Assembly: GCA_951406725.2 (NCBI GenBank)
Contig: OX597820.1
Coordinates: 496,001 to 560,000, forward strand
Source: Octopus vulgaris
Taxonomy: Eukaryota
DNA: 64,000 bases
Direction: 5' to 3'
How positions within the stretch are numbered: position 1 is the stretch's first letter; every line of letters starts with the position of its first letter. Of the stretch, positions 25,718 through 37,560 are shown piece by piece. Made by a program: the position numbers and the translations under genes. The notes beneath the pieces were generated by a model. The model worked only from the letters and a program-made list of their open reading frames with translations. It ran no database searches and was not told the origin of the DNA.

Positions 25718-26594
25718 AGAGTGAGAGAGAGAGATAGAGAGAGAGAGAGCACTATTATATTAGACGAGAGGTATTTAAAATGAATTGTATAAACGATCTT
25801 CAAAAATATTCTGTGGCATACCTACAGATACCTGCCGCCTACCCCTTTGACTTTGTTTATAACTCTGAAAAACGGATGTTTTTTGGGGAAATTTTCCAGA
25901 GATACACTTTAGATGGTGTAGATTAAAGTTATATCGGAATTTGTTAAGAACAAATTTTCGGAGAAGTGGACAATCCACATACAGCGATGTTTCCTAACAA
26001 CTTTCTTAAAATTGGATATTTTTTAATAATTTGTTTTTTTTTCAAATACGTTTCAGATGCTGTAGATTACGCTTATGTTGGAATCTGAAATGGAAATGAG
26101 AATGGGTCGGATAATCCACACCTTGACTTTGTTTCCTCATACATTTTGTTGAAGCGCGTGAATTATCCGCTCCCAACAATTTTTTTTGTTCACATCAAAT
26201 TCAGGTATAATTCGTAGTTTACGGCATCGGAAGTGTATTTGTCGAAAATTTTATTAAAAGTATCTACTTTTCAAAACGTAAGGAGAAAACTAAGTCGGCG
26301 GGGGTGGGGCAGTCGTGCTTTTTGTATATTATCAGTTAAGTGGTTTTTTTTTGTAACGAGTTTCTGTGACTCCTTCTCTATGTTTACTTATGGACAACAA
26401 GTAGCGAAATAATGTTCCGTTTTGCTCTCTCCCTTCTCCAAACTCAGACAATAAGCTGTCAAATCATTTTTTAGTATTTTAGACAAAGTTTTTTTTTTCC
26501 GGCTATTAAAGGTATAAAAAACTGGGATAAACTCCAGTAGACACCGATACGACAATACAAAGAAAAGGTAAAGAAGGTAAAGAACATAACGTAC

Positions 26595-26806
26595 AAGATT
26601 AAATTCTCCTCAATCAGTCGAGGTTCGAGAGAAACGAAAGACTTCAACAAAGTTTCCAATTCCGGTCTTTCTGCGAATTTCGACATCGAATTGTTTCGCC
26701 ACCAGATTTCAGCTGCAACATGTGGCTTTCTTTCATTTTGAAAAGTAACAAAAAGTCCCCACCAGGCACTGGGAAGTTTCTTTACAGCACTACATTCTGC
26801 TGCCAT
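26595..26806 (-). CDS. FANCE: FANCE ortholog, coding exon 1 (MAAECSAVKK...LEPRLIEENLI)
   Basis: ATG in a strong Kozak context (AGGATGG); donor TT|GTACGT at 26594, phase 2. Spliced to exon 2 it reads LLKSFVSLEPRLIEENLIFCPTFFLLTEYFQRCLLSFL, matching the human FANCE N-terminus as I recall it ([32 protein letters not shown]). Confidence 0.85.
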
Positions 26807-26975
26807 CCTCCTCCTCCGAACAACTCCTTTGTTGTCAGCTTCAAAGAAATGAAAGAAATTGTTGTCGATTTTCACCGACTTAAATTCGCCGCCATCATAG
26901 GTCACGTGGATATACAACTCAGGTTGTTTGTAAATTTTAACTCGGCGAGACGAAACGTATGATCTCGCCGAAGAA
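26807..26975 (-). promoter_or_regulatory. Putative FANCE 5' UTR / proximal promoter
   Basis: CpG-retaining unique sequence directly upstream of the ATG. Contains E-box GTCACGTG (26901-26908), a YY1-like GCCGCCAT (26888-26895) and a 9-bp inverted repeat TCGGCGAGA/TCTCGCCGA (26942-26971). Confidence 0.5.
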
Positions 26976-29334
26976 CCACCCGAAGAATTTAATTGCTATT
27001 CCATCAATACTGTATTTGATAGCATAAAAGACGCACGGGAATATTAGACGTACCCTAGTTCCAGCAGTGTATATTCAGGAAAAGAAGTTTTTTGTGCATT
27101 AAAGTATGTGGCAGGCCCAAATTCGTATATAGACCTAGGGTGATATTTTGAGACTTTTTTTAAGAAAGAAAAGGGAGTATTTTTACCATCAAATAAAGTA
27201 ATTAATATTTTTTTCAATATATTTACTTATTAATAAATTTCTGTCCTTGTAGATCATGAAGTGGAGTGGGGGGAGGGGGGAAAAATTTGCCCCGCAACCG
27301 CATGGTTCCGTGTTCAATAATCTTGCCTGGCACTTTATGAATAGAAGACATTTTTTGGGAAATTTACCAATTTCATTCTTTTAAATTATGGATCTTTTGC
27401 CTTTGGCAAACAGAAAAATAAAAATAATAATAATGAAATTATTGTATACAGTGTTCAGGTGCACCACAACTTGCCAAAGGATTCTAAATTATCTCCAAAG
27501 TGAATAAATCTTCGTGTTAAACAACGGGTTTGATAAAACCAAGACAGGCCCGGAATTTTCTCTGTCGGTATAACAACAACAAAGAAAAAAAAGGAAAAGA
27601 AAAACAACAACAACTCTCCGTTGTACATGTTTCCACTTAATTTTCAATTAATTTAATTCTCGGAGTTCTCTCTTTTCCATTCCTTGACAAGAATTCTCAC
27701 TATGGACATTGATTCAGCTGATTAAAAGTTGTTTTTTATTCACTACGTTTAATAAAAGTGGAGGCACATGGCTTAGTGGTTAGAGCAGCGGTCGAGGGAT
27801 CGCGTGTTCGAATCTCAGACCGGGTGATGTGTGTGTTTATGAACGAAAACACCTAAGCTCTACGCGGATCCGGCAGAAGGTAATGGGATTCCACCTAGAA
27901 AGTTCCCCTCCGAGGCACAAGTCTGGGCAAGGTTGTTTATGGAAGACCAGCAGTCGCCCATGCATACCGGCTTTCCCTTTCCACGCCACCGATTTTTTCC
28001 AAGGGAAAGGCAAAGGGGCCGATACAGCTTGGCACCAGTGACGTCTCAGCTTATTTATTAACATGCACGCCACAGATACGTGTACCCTTAATGTAGTTCT
28101 CGGGGAGATTCAGCGTGACACGGAGAGTGACAAGGTTGGCCTTTTGAAATACAAGTACAACAGAAACAGGAAGAAAGAGTGGAAGTTGTGGTGAAAAAGT
28201 ACAGCAGGGCCCCCCCCCCCCACTGCCGTAGCCTCGTGGAGCTTTAGATGTTTTCGCTCAATAAATACTCATAATGCCCGGTCTGGGAATCGAAACCGCT
28301 GCCCTAACTACTGGGCCATTGCGCCTCCACAATGTCTTCCATATAAAGCTTTAGACATTGAAGCATATACAAATTTTGGCTGTGAGGTTCTGAAGCATGT
28401 TTTGCAACCACGTGGTTGTTTCATCAATGACGTGTCCTATCGATTAGTTAATTGATCACCAATTAACAGATAAATAATAAAGAGGTGAAATAGAACTAGT
28501 GTGTGTGTCCATTATGGGAATAATGACCCTCCCGAGATACACCAAAACATATAAACTAGTTCGATGAGAACTTCATTACAGTCAGCGGGTCCCTGAATGA
28601 CATAAAGCCAATAGCAACTCTAAACAATATCATATTCATTGTATACTTAAAAAAGAAAGGAAGAAGCAGAAGTGAGCCTTTTCGGTTGGAGCCCAGTCCA
28701 TTCATTGGACCCTGAAATAATGAATATTGGATTTGCAAAAATTTGTGAAACCTCGATGCACGATGATAAGTAATGAGAAGCCGAATTTGAAGGATGCGAT
28801 GAAGATATTTGGCCTCGGGAATTGCTCCATGGTTCAAAGGTGAATCACCAAATAACACATCTCTACTGAAAGATCAGTGAACAACAGAGGTGCCAGGAAA
28901 CAAATGCAACTTAAAGATGGTTTAAGTACGACAGAAACAACACAATTAGTATTAAACTATAAATTGTTTGTAATATTATTTCCTGCATTTTCCTGCATTT
29001 CTTTCAGAGATCTTACCACCTACTTAACTTTACGTAAGGGAATTAACTCTTAGTAGCATAAAAATTATTTCCCTTAGATTAAAAACATTATTAGTACAAC
29101 GTCCAGATTTAATCTCCAATTCCACTGACTTTAATAGCTATAAAAACACAACGACTGAAATATTTGGACACATCAGCTCTATTCACAGTTCAAATCCCAT
29201 CGTCTTGCTTTTGATTTGAGTTTTTTTAAAACAGTGTCCCTCAACCTTTTCACTGCATTTCCATTCCTTTAGGAATCCACAATCCTATTTTTTTTACACA
29301 ACACAATTTATTTTATAACAATTTATTTAATAAT

Positions 29335-30580
29335 GTTGGTTTCAAATTTTGGCACAAGGCCAGCAATTACGGGGGAGGGGCTAAGTCGACTTCATCGATT
29401 TCCAGTGGTACTTATTTTATCGACCCCGAAAAGATGACAGGCAAAGTTGACCTCAGAGGAATTTAAACTCTGAACGTCAAGACGGACGAAATGTTACTTT
29501 GCCCGGCGTGCTAACGGGTATGCCAACCCGCCGCCCTTCATTTATTTTACTAAAGCAGAATCGTTAGCGTACCGGGCGGGTATTTCGTCTGCCGCTACGT
29601 TCTGAGTTCAAATTCATCCTTTCGGGGTCGAAGTACCTGTTACGCAACGGGTTCAATGTGATCGACTTAATCCCTTTGTCCTTGTTTGTCTCCTTTATGT
29701 TTCGCCCCCCTTCCTGTTGGCAATAAAGAAATAGATATTCTTTTCTACTAAGGCGGCGAGCTGCCAGAATCGTTAGCACGCTAAGAGGGCGAAATGCTAT
29801 GTTCTGAGTTCAAATTCCACCGAGGTCGACTTTGCCCGAAAGACAAAGTCGATCTCGGTGGAATTCGAACTCAGAACGTAAAGACAGATGAAATACTGTT
29901 AAGCGTTTCGCCCGGCGCGCCAACATTTCTGCCAGCTCGCCGCCTTCTTATTTTAATAATATTATAACAATTTAAACGCCGCCGGGGACGACGTTGCTTT
30001 TCATCCTTTCGGGATCAATAAAATAAGTACCAGTTGCGCACTGGGGTCGATGTAATCGACTTACCTCGTCCCCGAAATTGCTGGCTTTGTGTTAAAATTT
30101 GAAACCAATATTAAAACAGTTTATCACACAATTCTCTTGAACGAGACGCCATTCCTTTGCAGGGTTTAGAGTCAGTCATTTTGAGGAGAGGGGACAAGTC
30201 GATTTCGTCGACCCCAGTCCTTGACTAGTACTCTCTTTCATCGACCCTGAAGGAATGAAAGTTGACTCCGGCAGAATTCGAACACAGAACGTAAAGAACC
30301 GGAGGAAATACCGCTAAGCATTTTGTCCGACGTGCCAACGATTCTGCCAGCTCGCGACCTTTAATCCTTTCTACTCTTGGTATAAGTCCAGAAATTTTGG
30401 AGGAAGAGTATAATCGATTACATCGACCCCAGTGCTCCACTGCTGCTTATTTCATCGACCCCCAAAAAGGATGAAAAGCAAAGTCGACCTCGACGGAATT
30501 TGAACTCAGAGCAGAAGTCCAAAAGAGATACTTCTAAGCATTACGTCCGGCGCTCTACCGACTCTTCCAGTTTGTCTCCT
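29335..30580. mobile_element. Cluster of SINEs with a Deu/Nin-like central domain, mixed orientations
   Basis: Repeated GGCGGCGAGCTGGCAGAATCGTTAGC...GAGTTCAAATTCCGCCGAGGTCGACTTTGCCTTTCATCCTTTCGGGGTCGA. Other copies near 8863-9035, 25085-25270, 31531-31976, 42000-42195, 43560-43740, 44045-44250, 45510-45695, 46135-46350, 54158-54560. Confidence 0.8.
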
Positions 30581-31148
30581 TACCTCCGATGAAGAGAACA
30601 TCAAAAAAGATTAACCGAAAAAAGAAAATTATGTGCTGAGAGTAAAACAATAACAAATATTATTATTATTTTTTCTTATTAATCCGATTAGCCCATGTGC
30701 AGTTTTCTATGATGACAGGTTCCACGTAATGAACGCTCTTTTAATACATTCCACGTTGGTCTAAACTGAATTGCTCATAATTTTCCATTACAGAGTGACG
30801 TTAAAAGCAAAGGGGTAATAACTATGGATACCGAAGATTAAGGAGATCAGGAGTTTTAATCTGATTGGAAATCACGATTGTTATTAGTTGAGAGTTTTAA
30901 TTCTCAGAGGTGTTAGTAAAACAAGACAGAAATATCTTATTTAATTATTCACGTGAGGGACGAGTGACGTTGAAGTAAAAGCCAGGCGACAAGCAGGGAC
31001 GAGTGACGTTGAAATAAAAGCCACGAGGCAAATAAAGTCCAGTATTTCGATTCCGTCCCAGGCTGAACCATTATATTTATTTCCTTTAAAGAAAAGAAAC
31101 TGTAATGATTGACATTCATGTTTTCACAACAGGCATTCCTGAATTAAG

Positions 31149-31390
31149 TGGAGGCGCGTGGCTTAGTGGTTAGGGTGTTGAACTTCTGATCTGAAGGTTG
31201 TGGTTTCGATTCCTGGACGGGGCAATGCGTTGTGCTCTTGAGCAAAACACTTCCTTTCACGTTGCTCCAGTCCACTCAGCTGGCAAAAATGAGTAATCCT
31301 GCGACGGATCGGCGTCCCGTCCAGGTGGGGAATTTCTACACCACTGAAACCGCGAAACCGGCCCTTATGAGCCTGGCATGGCTCGAGAAG
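31149..31390 (+). mobile_element. tRNA-headed SINE, third family (representative)
   Basis: A box TGGCTTAGTGG, B box GGTTTCGATTCC, then TTGAGCAAAACACTT...CAGTCCACTCAGCTG. Related copies near 6655-6860, 27759-28330, 32320-32460, 32875-33110, 45000-45280. Confidence 0.8.
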
Positions 31391-32806
31391 GAACATCTAT
31401 TTTTTAAAAAATTTATTCCTGAATGAAGTAAAGAACAACTCCTTTTAATTTTTGGCATAAAACCAGCAATTTTGAACGGAAAGCAAAATCGTCCTCGATA
31501 GCAACTCAACGCAAAGCTGGAAAACCGGGTGGGCGGTGAGCTGGCAGAATCGTTAGCACGCCGGGCGAAATAACTTAGCAGTATTTCGTCTGAGTTCAAA
31601 TTCCGCCGAAGTCGACTTTGCCTTTCATCCTTTCGGGGTCGATAAATTAAGTACCAGTTATCCACTTTGTCTGTCCTTGTTTGTCTCCTCTATGTTTAGC
31701 CCCCTGGTGGGCAATAAAGAAACATGACCGTGTTGGACAAAATGCTTTACCCACAAGTAATGTCTCTCATTTCTTTATTGCCCACCAGGGGGCTAAACAT
31801 AGAGGAGACAAACAAGGACAGACAAAGTGGATAACTGGTACTTAATTTATCAACCCCGAAAGGATGAAAGGCAAAGTCGACCTCGGCGGAATTTGAACTC
31901 AGAACGTAGCGGCAGACGAAATACCACTAAGTATTTCGCCCGGCCTGCTAACGTTTCCGCCAGCTTCTCGCCGCCCCTACAACTGAAATAAAGAAATATT
32001 AATTCCACGCAGAATTTCAAAATAGCGTTACAGATCCAACACATCGGAGGTTTGTGCTGGGGCATAGCTATTGCTCTATAGCGGCAACCACCTTCATAAA
32101 ATAACGACAGATTGATGAGAACCCAAAGTCTCTGCATTTTAGGGGAAGAGAATGAAATTGTAAGGTTTGTTTCTTTTGTAAGAACATTAGAAGTTATCAC
32201 GGCATTGACCAGACGATCGGCTGTTGTTTTACATCGCTGGTCACATTGCGCTTCTCATTGTTTTAGCTTTCAAAAATGATGCTAACCCGTTGGCTAGGCG
32301 AACAAGACTAGTCCTCGCAGTGTTACCCATTTACAACCGAGTGGACTGAGTGAAATGAAATATTTTGCTCAAGAACACAACGCACCTCCCGGTCCAGGAA
32401 TCGAACGGACGATCTAGTGATTGTGAGTGCAGCGCCCTAACCACTAGGCCACGCGCCTTAACGCACCAGAAGTTACAACTGAATAAAATGTCTTCAGCCA
32501 CGAATTGAAATAATGTCCCAACTAAGTTTAGAGGACTAGAGATATCTTTTATCTTTTATTTGTTTCAGTCATTAGACTGCGGCCATGCTGGGGCACTGCC
32601 TCGAAGAATTTTAGTCAAATGAATCGACCTCAGAACTTATTTTATTTTTGTAAAGTCTGGTACTTACTTATTCTATCAGTCTCGTAAGCCAGACTGCTAA
32701 GTTACGGGGACGTAAAGGCACCAACACCGGTTGTCAAACGGTGGTGGAGGACAAACACACACACATAGAAATGTGTGTGACACAAACACACACATAGACA
32801 TGTTTA

Positions 32807-32870
<64 letters not shown>

Positions 32871-34184
32871 AATGCACCCTTTTAAAGCCTAGCCAAGCTC
32901 ATGGGCCCGGTTTCCATGGCGTATGTGTTCCCCAGCTGGACAGGACGCCAGTCCATCGCAGCGTTACTCATTTTTGCCAGCTGAGTGGACTGGAGCAATG
33001 TGAAATGAAGTGCTTTGCTCAAGAACACAACGCGTCGCCCGGTCCAGGAATCGAAACCACAATCTTACGATCATGATGCTGACACTCTAACCACTAAACC
33101 ACGCACCTCCATACACACACACACATGCCAAAGGCGTATATTCCGGGTGTGCTAGGAATAATCAAATCAAATAAACGAACAATAGAATTAACATATACGA
33201 CAAGCTTCTTTCAGTTTCACTCTACTAAATACGCTTATAAGGCTTTGGTCGCCCAAGGCTAGAGTAGATAACAATCGTGCAAGGTGCCGTGCAGTGAAAC
33301 TGAACCTGAGACTAGGCGGTTTCAAGCGAGCTCCTTAACCACACAGCCATACCTGCGCTTAATAGGGTAAATTTACTTTCAATCCACACACACTGAAACG
33401 GGCTGAAACAAAAGGGAATGAAAAATGTTTGGGGATCCTTGATTTAGGGCTCCATTATGTATGTCTGCTGTTTCCTTTCCTTATTTAAGGCAGTAGGGTG
33501 TGATTTGAAGGAGATACGTTTGCCGTTTCTAGAAGTTGGTGCGTTCACGGCTGCTGTAATGGAAACCACAGAGACTAAAATAGACGCAAAGTAGATTGGA
33601 ATTAGAATAGCGTCTGAGAGAGTGAAGAAGCGAAAAGTTTTGAGTCATTCATTTGAGTGTGATTGTTGTGTTCGCTTTTGTTTTATTGCGCCCCACTAAG
33701 CAGAATCTGAGTGATAGGGGAGCCGAAAGGTATTCCAGCTGCTGAGATATGCAATTGCCAAGAATGCCCGCATTTATATTCATGTGGGCGACTTGGTGTT
33801 TGCGCATTAAGGGTGTTTCTCTATGTGAACTCGCGTGTGTGCCGTTGCATATGCATCTGCGACATACACCTGCATCCACCATGAGGATAGATACGTGCTT
33901 TGAAGGGTTTAGTTTTATGTGTTTAACAATGTATTAAGAATCATATGCGCTGCTGGCGTGACCATGTGGTAAGAAGTCCGCTTCCCTACCACATGGTTCC
34001 GGGTTGAGTCACATTGGGCTCAGTCTCACTACATGATACCTCGGACAAGTGTCTTCTACTATTGCCTCGGGTCGACCAAAGCCTTCTGGGTGGATTTAGT
34101 AGATACTGAAAGAAACCTGCCATGGAGGTGCTCCAGCATGACCACAGTCATTGGACTGAAACGTATAAGAGAATATATATATAT

Positions 34185-34257
<73 letters not shown>

Positions 34258-34258
<1 letters not shown>

Positions 34259-37200
34259 AACCTGGCTTCATCAAACCCAAGCTCGCAGATGGGACTACCC
34301 ACAATATACAAGACCACCACAGCAAGTAGACCCAAGGTGGACACAGCCGGCAACAGCATATACCTCACCTCGATGCTCCTACTGAACATCAGAGGACTGC
34401 AAACACTCAGTAACAGGACAAAAATCCCGTTCTTGAGAGACTTTGTTGCATGCAATCAAGCCTTATGCATAGCACTTACGGAAACGCACCTGAAACCGGA
34501 CATAGCAGATGCGGAATCACACATACCACAGTATGTTGTACTACGGACCGACAGAAAAGAAAGGAGTCATGGAGGAGTTGCTATGTACATCTGTGAGGAC
34601 CTCACACCCCAGGTCCTTTTGTCATACTCAAACTCGGTGTGTGACACACTAATTGTACATATAAGGCAACTTGATGTAGTTGTGTGTGCTACATATCGCC
34701 CTCCAGATGCCCAAGCCATGTGGGCATGTTTGAAGACTGCCTTATAAAAATAGAAGAAGTTCTAATCACATTAGAACAACACATAAGTGTACTTCTTATG
34801 AGAGACTTCAATCTGCCCAATGTCAGATGGCCCGAGGGCCTTTCTCTCCCAGGAATGACAAGATGTGAACGAGGTCAGGCGAGGTCCCTCCTGAACCTCA
34901 TCAACACCCTGTACATGGAGCAAGTAATACTTCAACCAACCAGGGCAGGTAACACACTGGATCTCTGCTTCACAAATAATATGGATCTCATCCATAATGT
35001 GAAAGTGACACCGACACTACTCTCGGATCACAACATGGTAGAGCTGACCATGTACGGGCCAAAGGAAAGCATGGACATGCAGCCTACAAGAAACCCTCAG
35101 AATCTTTCCAGCTTGAACTTCCATAAGGCAAACTGGAAACAAATTGAGAAAGAGATCCTCAAACAAAACTGGCCTGAGTGTCTCTCCTCGCCAGACATCG
35201 ACGTGAAACTTCAACAATTCATGTCTGTAGTGCAAGCCATATGCTACAAATGTGTCCCAGAGAGAAAGGCCACTGTACACAAGAACAAAATCCCCAGAGA
35301 GAGGAAAATTTTAATGAGACGGCGTACAAAAATTTCAAATCGCCTAAACAAACAAATTGAAAGCAGTGAAAAGTCCCGCCTGAAAATAAAACTGTTGGAA
35401 ATTGAAAAATATCTGCAACTCTCCCATGAAAAGGAAAGAGCAGAGAAAGAAGCCTGGGCTATAGACAACATAAAATCTAACCCCAGAGCTTTCTACAGGT
35501 ATGCCAAAGAAACAGCTACGGTGCACTGTAGGATAGGGCCACTCCTTGAAAAGGATGGCACACTCACAGGAAATCCAATGAGGGTAAGTGAAATACTGAA
35601 TGAGCAATTCAAGAGTGTTTTCACTCCACCCCTTGGGCATTTCCAAATCACCAATCCAACTGACTTCTTTACCACTGCAGATATAAAATCAGAGGCAGCG
35701 ACGATAGATTACATCGATATAAAGGAAGACGATGTAATAAAGGCTATAGACAAAATGAAAACAGACTCAGCTACTGGCCCCGATGGATTCCCGGCAATCC
35801 TCCTAAAAGTATGTAAGAGAGTCCTAGCAAGACCACTGCAGTTCCTCTTTCAGAGCTTCCTTGCAGCTGGCAAACTTCCAAGAAAACTGAAGGAAGGTAA
35901 AATATGCCCTGTTCATAAAGGAGGTAGCAGAGCGGAGGCCAAGAACTACAGACCTATCTTTCTGACCTCACACATCAGCAAGGTCATGGAACGAATAGTC
36001 AGAAGGAAATTGATCACCTTCCTTGAAGAAAATGACTTGCTGCCTGACACCCAACATGGTTTCCGACCAGGAAGAAGCTGCTTAACTCAGCTCCTACAAC
36101 ACTATGACTGGGTGCTGAAACGACTGCTCAACCACTCAAACGTGGAAGTGATATATCTCGACTTTGCAAAGGCCTTTGATAAAGTCGATCATGGGATGAT
36201 ATGTCACAAACTGCGTGATCTTAGCATAGTTGGAAAACTGGGAGAATGGCTTCATGACTTTCTGAAAGATAGAAGTCAGGTGGTAGTAGCCAATGGGGCC
36301 ACTTCCATTAACACGCAAATAGTGAGCGGTGTTCCGCAGGGCACTGTTTTGGGACCACTACTGTTCATAATGGCCCTCTCAGACATGCCCTCAGCCACGC
36401 AGAGAGCCACGATCACAAGTTATGCAGATGATACAAAAGTTTCACAGGCAATACAGAACCCTGAGGACACTAAACGCCTGCAATGTGAGCTGGACAAAAT
36501 ATACAAGTGGGCTGAAAAGAATAGCATGCAGTTCAATGCTGAAAAGTTTCAAGCTTTATGCTATCAGCATGCAAAACTAAATGCAATACCCAATGAATAC
36601 ACTGGACCCGGAGGAATTGCAATCCCAGAGGCACAATCAGTGCGTGACCTGGGTATTTACATGAGTGATGACGCAACCTTTCGTGTACATGTTGCTAAAT
36701 TGGCAATGAAATGTAGACGACTGGCCGGATGGATTCTTAGAATCTTTAGAACAAGAGAACAAGAAACCATGATGGTCCTCTGGAAGACACTTGTCCTAAG
36801 CCACTTTGACTATTGCTCTCAGCAATGGTCACCATCCAGTGTCAAGCTGATCACAGAACTTGAGGCGATCCAACGTAGCTACACGAAGATAGCCTCTGTG
36901 CAGAATATAAGCTACTGGGAAAGACTCAAGAGATTAAAACTCTATTCCTTGGAGCGTAGGCAAGAAAGATATGCCATAATATACATCTGGAAGATCCTGG
37001 AAGGACTTGTCCCAAACTTTGGCATCGAGAGTTACACAAATGCCAGAACTGGGCGCCACTGCGTGGTGCCAAGGACTCCAAATTTGGCATCAAGATGTAG
37101 GACAAGATACTGTGATAGCCTGGGCTTCCGAGGCCCACAGCTCTTCAATATCCTCCCGAATAACCTAAGAGACCTGCATGGGGTGGATGCAGATGTCTTT

Positions 37201-37397
37201 AAAATGAAACTGGATCTCTTCTTGTCAGGTATCCCAGATGAACCAACTTCACGGCAGGAGGTGCAGATGAGGGCAGCTGCATCGAACTCTCTCATGCACC
37301 AATGACAGTTGCTAAAAAGCATTCGTAGCAACACCAAATGGCGGTGCCCCAGCATGCCCACAGCTCGTGAGCTGAAACTAGAATCAATCAATCAATC
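34258..37397 (+). mobile_element. CR1-group LINE ORF2 (APE + RT), nearly intact with one frameshift near 34715
   Basis: LLNIRGL, LTETHL, HGGV, YRPP, DFNLP, LDL, SDH (APE); QHGFRPGRSC, YLDFAKAFDKVDH, GVPQGTVLGPLLF, YADD (RT); LYSLERR; (TCAA)n tail; TA runs on both sides. Confidence 0.93.
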
Positions 37398-37435
37398 AAT
37401 ATATATATATATATATATATATAACCCCGTTTATT

Positions 37436-37518
<83 letters not shown>

Positions 37519-37560
37519 TTTTTGCTAAGACAAAATAGACCAAGATGTTATATATATATA

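Noticed and set aside
25775-26250. Possible extra FANCE exons in intron 1 (ORF 25775..25978)
   Set aside because: Phase-incompatible with exon 1 (the phase-2 reading hits TAA); exons 1 and 2 already join into a FANCE-like peptide; the region looks like a decayed internal duplication.
26807-26917. N-terminal extension of FANCE from ORF 26471..26917
   Set aside because: It starts at a non-ATG codon; the first in-frame ATG at 26806 has a strong Kozak context.
28556-28910. ORF with GPMNGLG, reminiscent of a transposase motif
   Set aside because: Too short and degenerate, and the motif order is not consistent; cannot be assigned.
31149-31225. tRNA gene (also 27759, 6655)
   Set aside because: A and B boxes are present, but the sequence runs into a SINE body found many times in the window; these are SINE heads.
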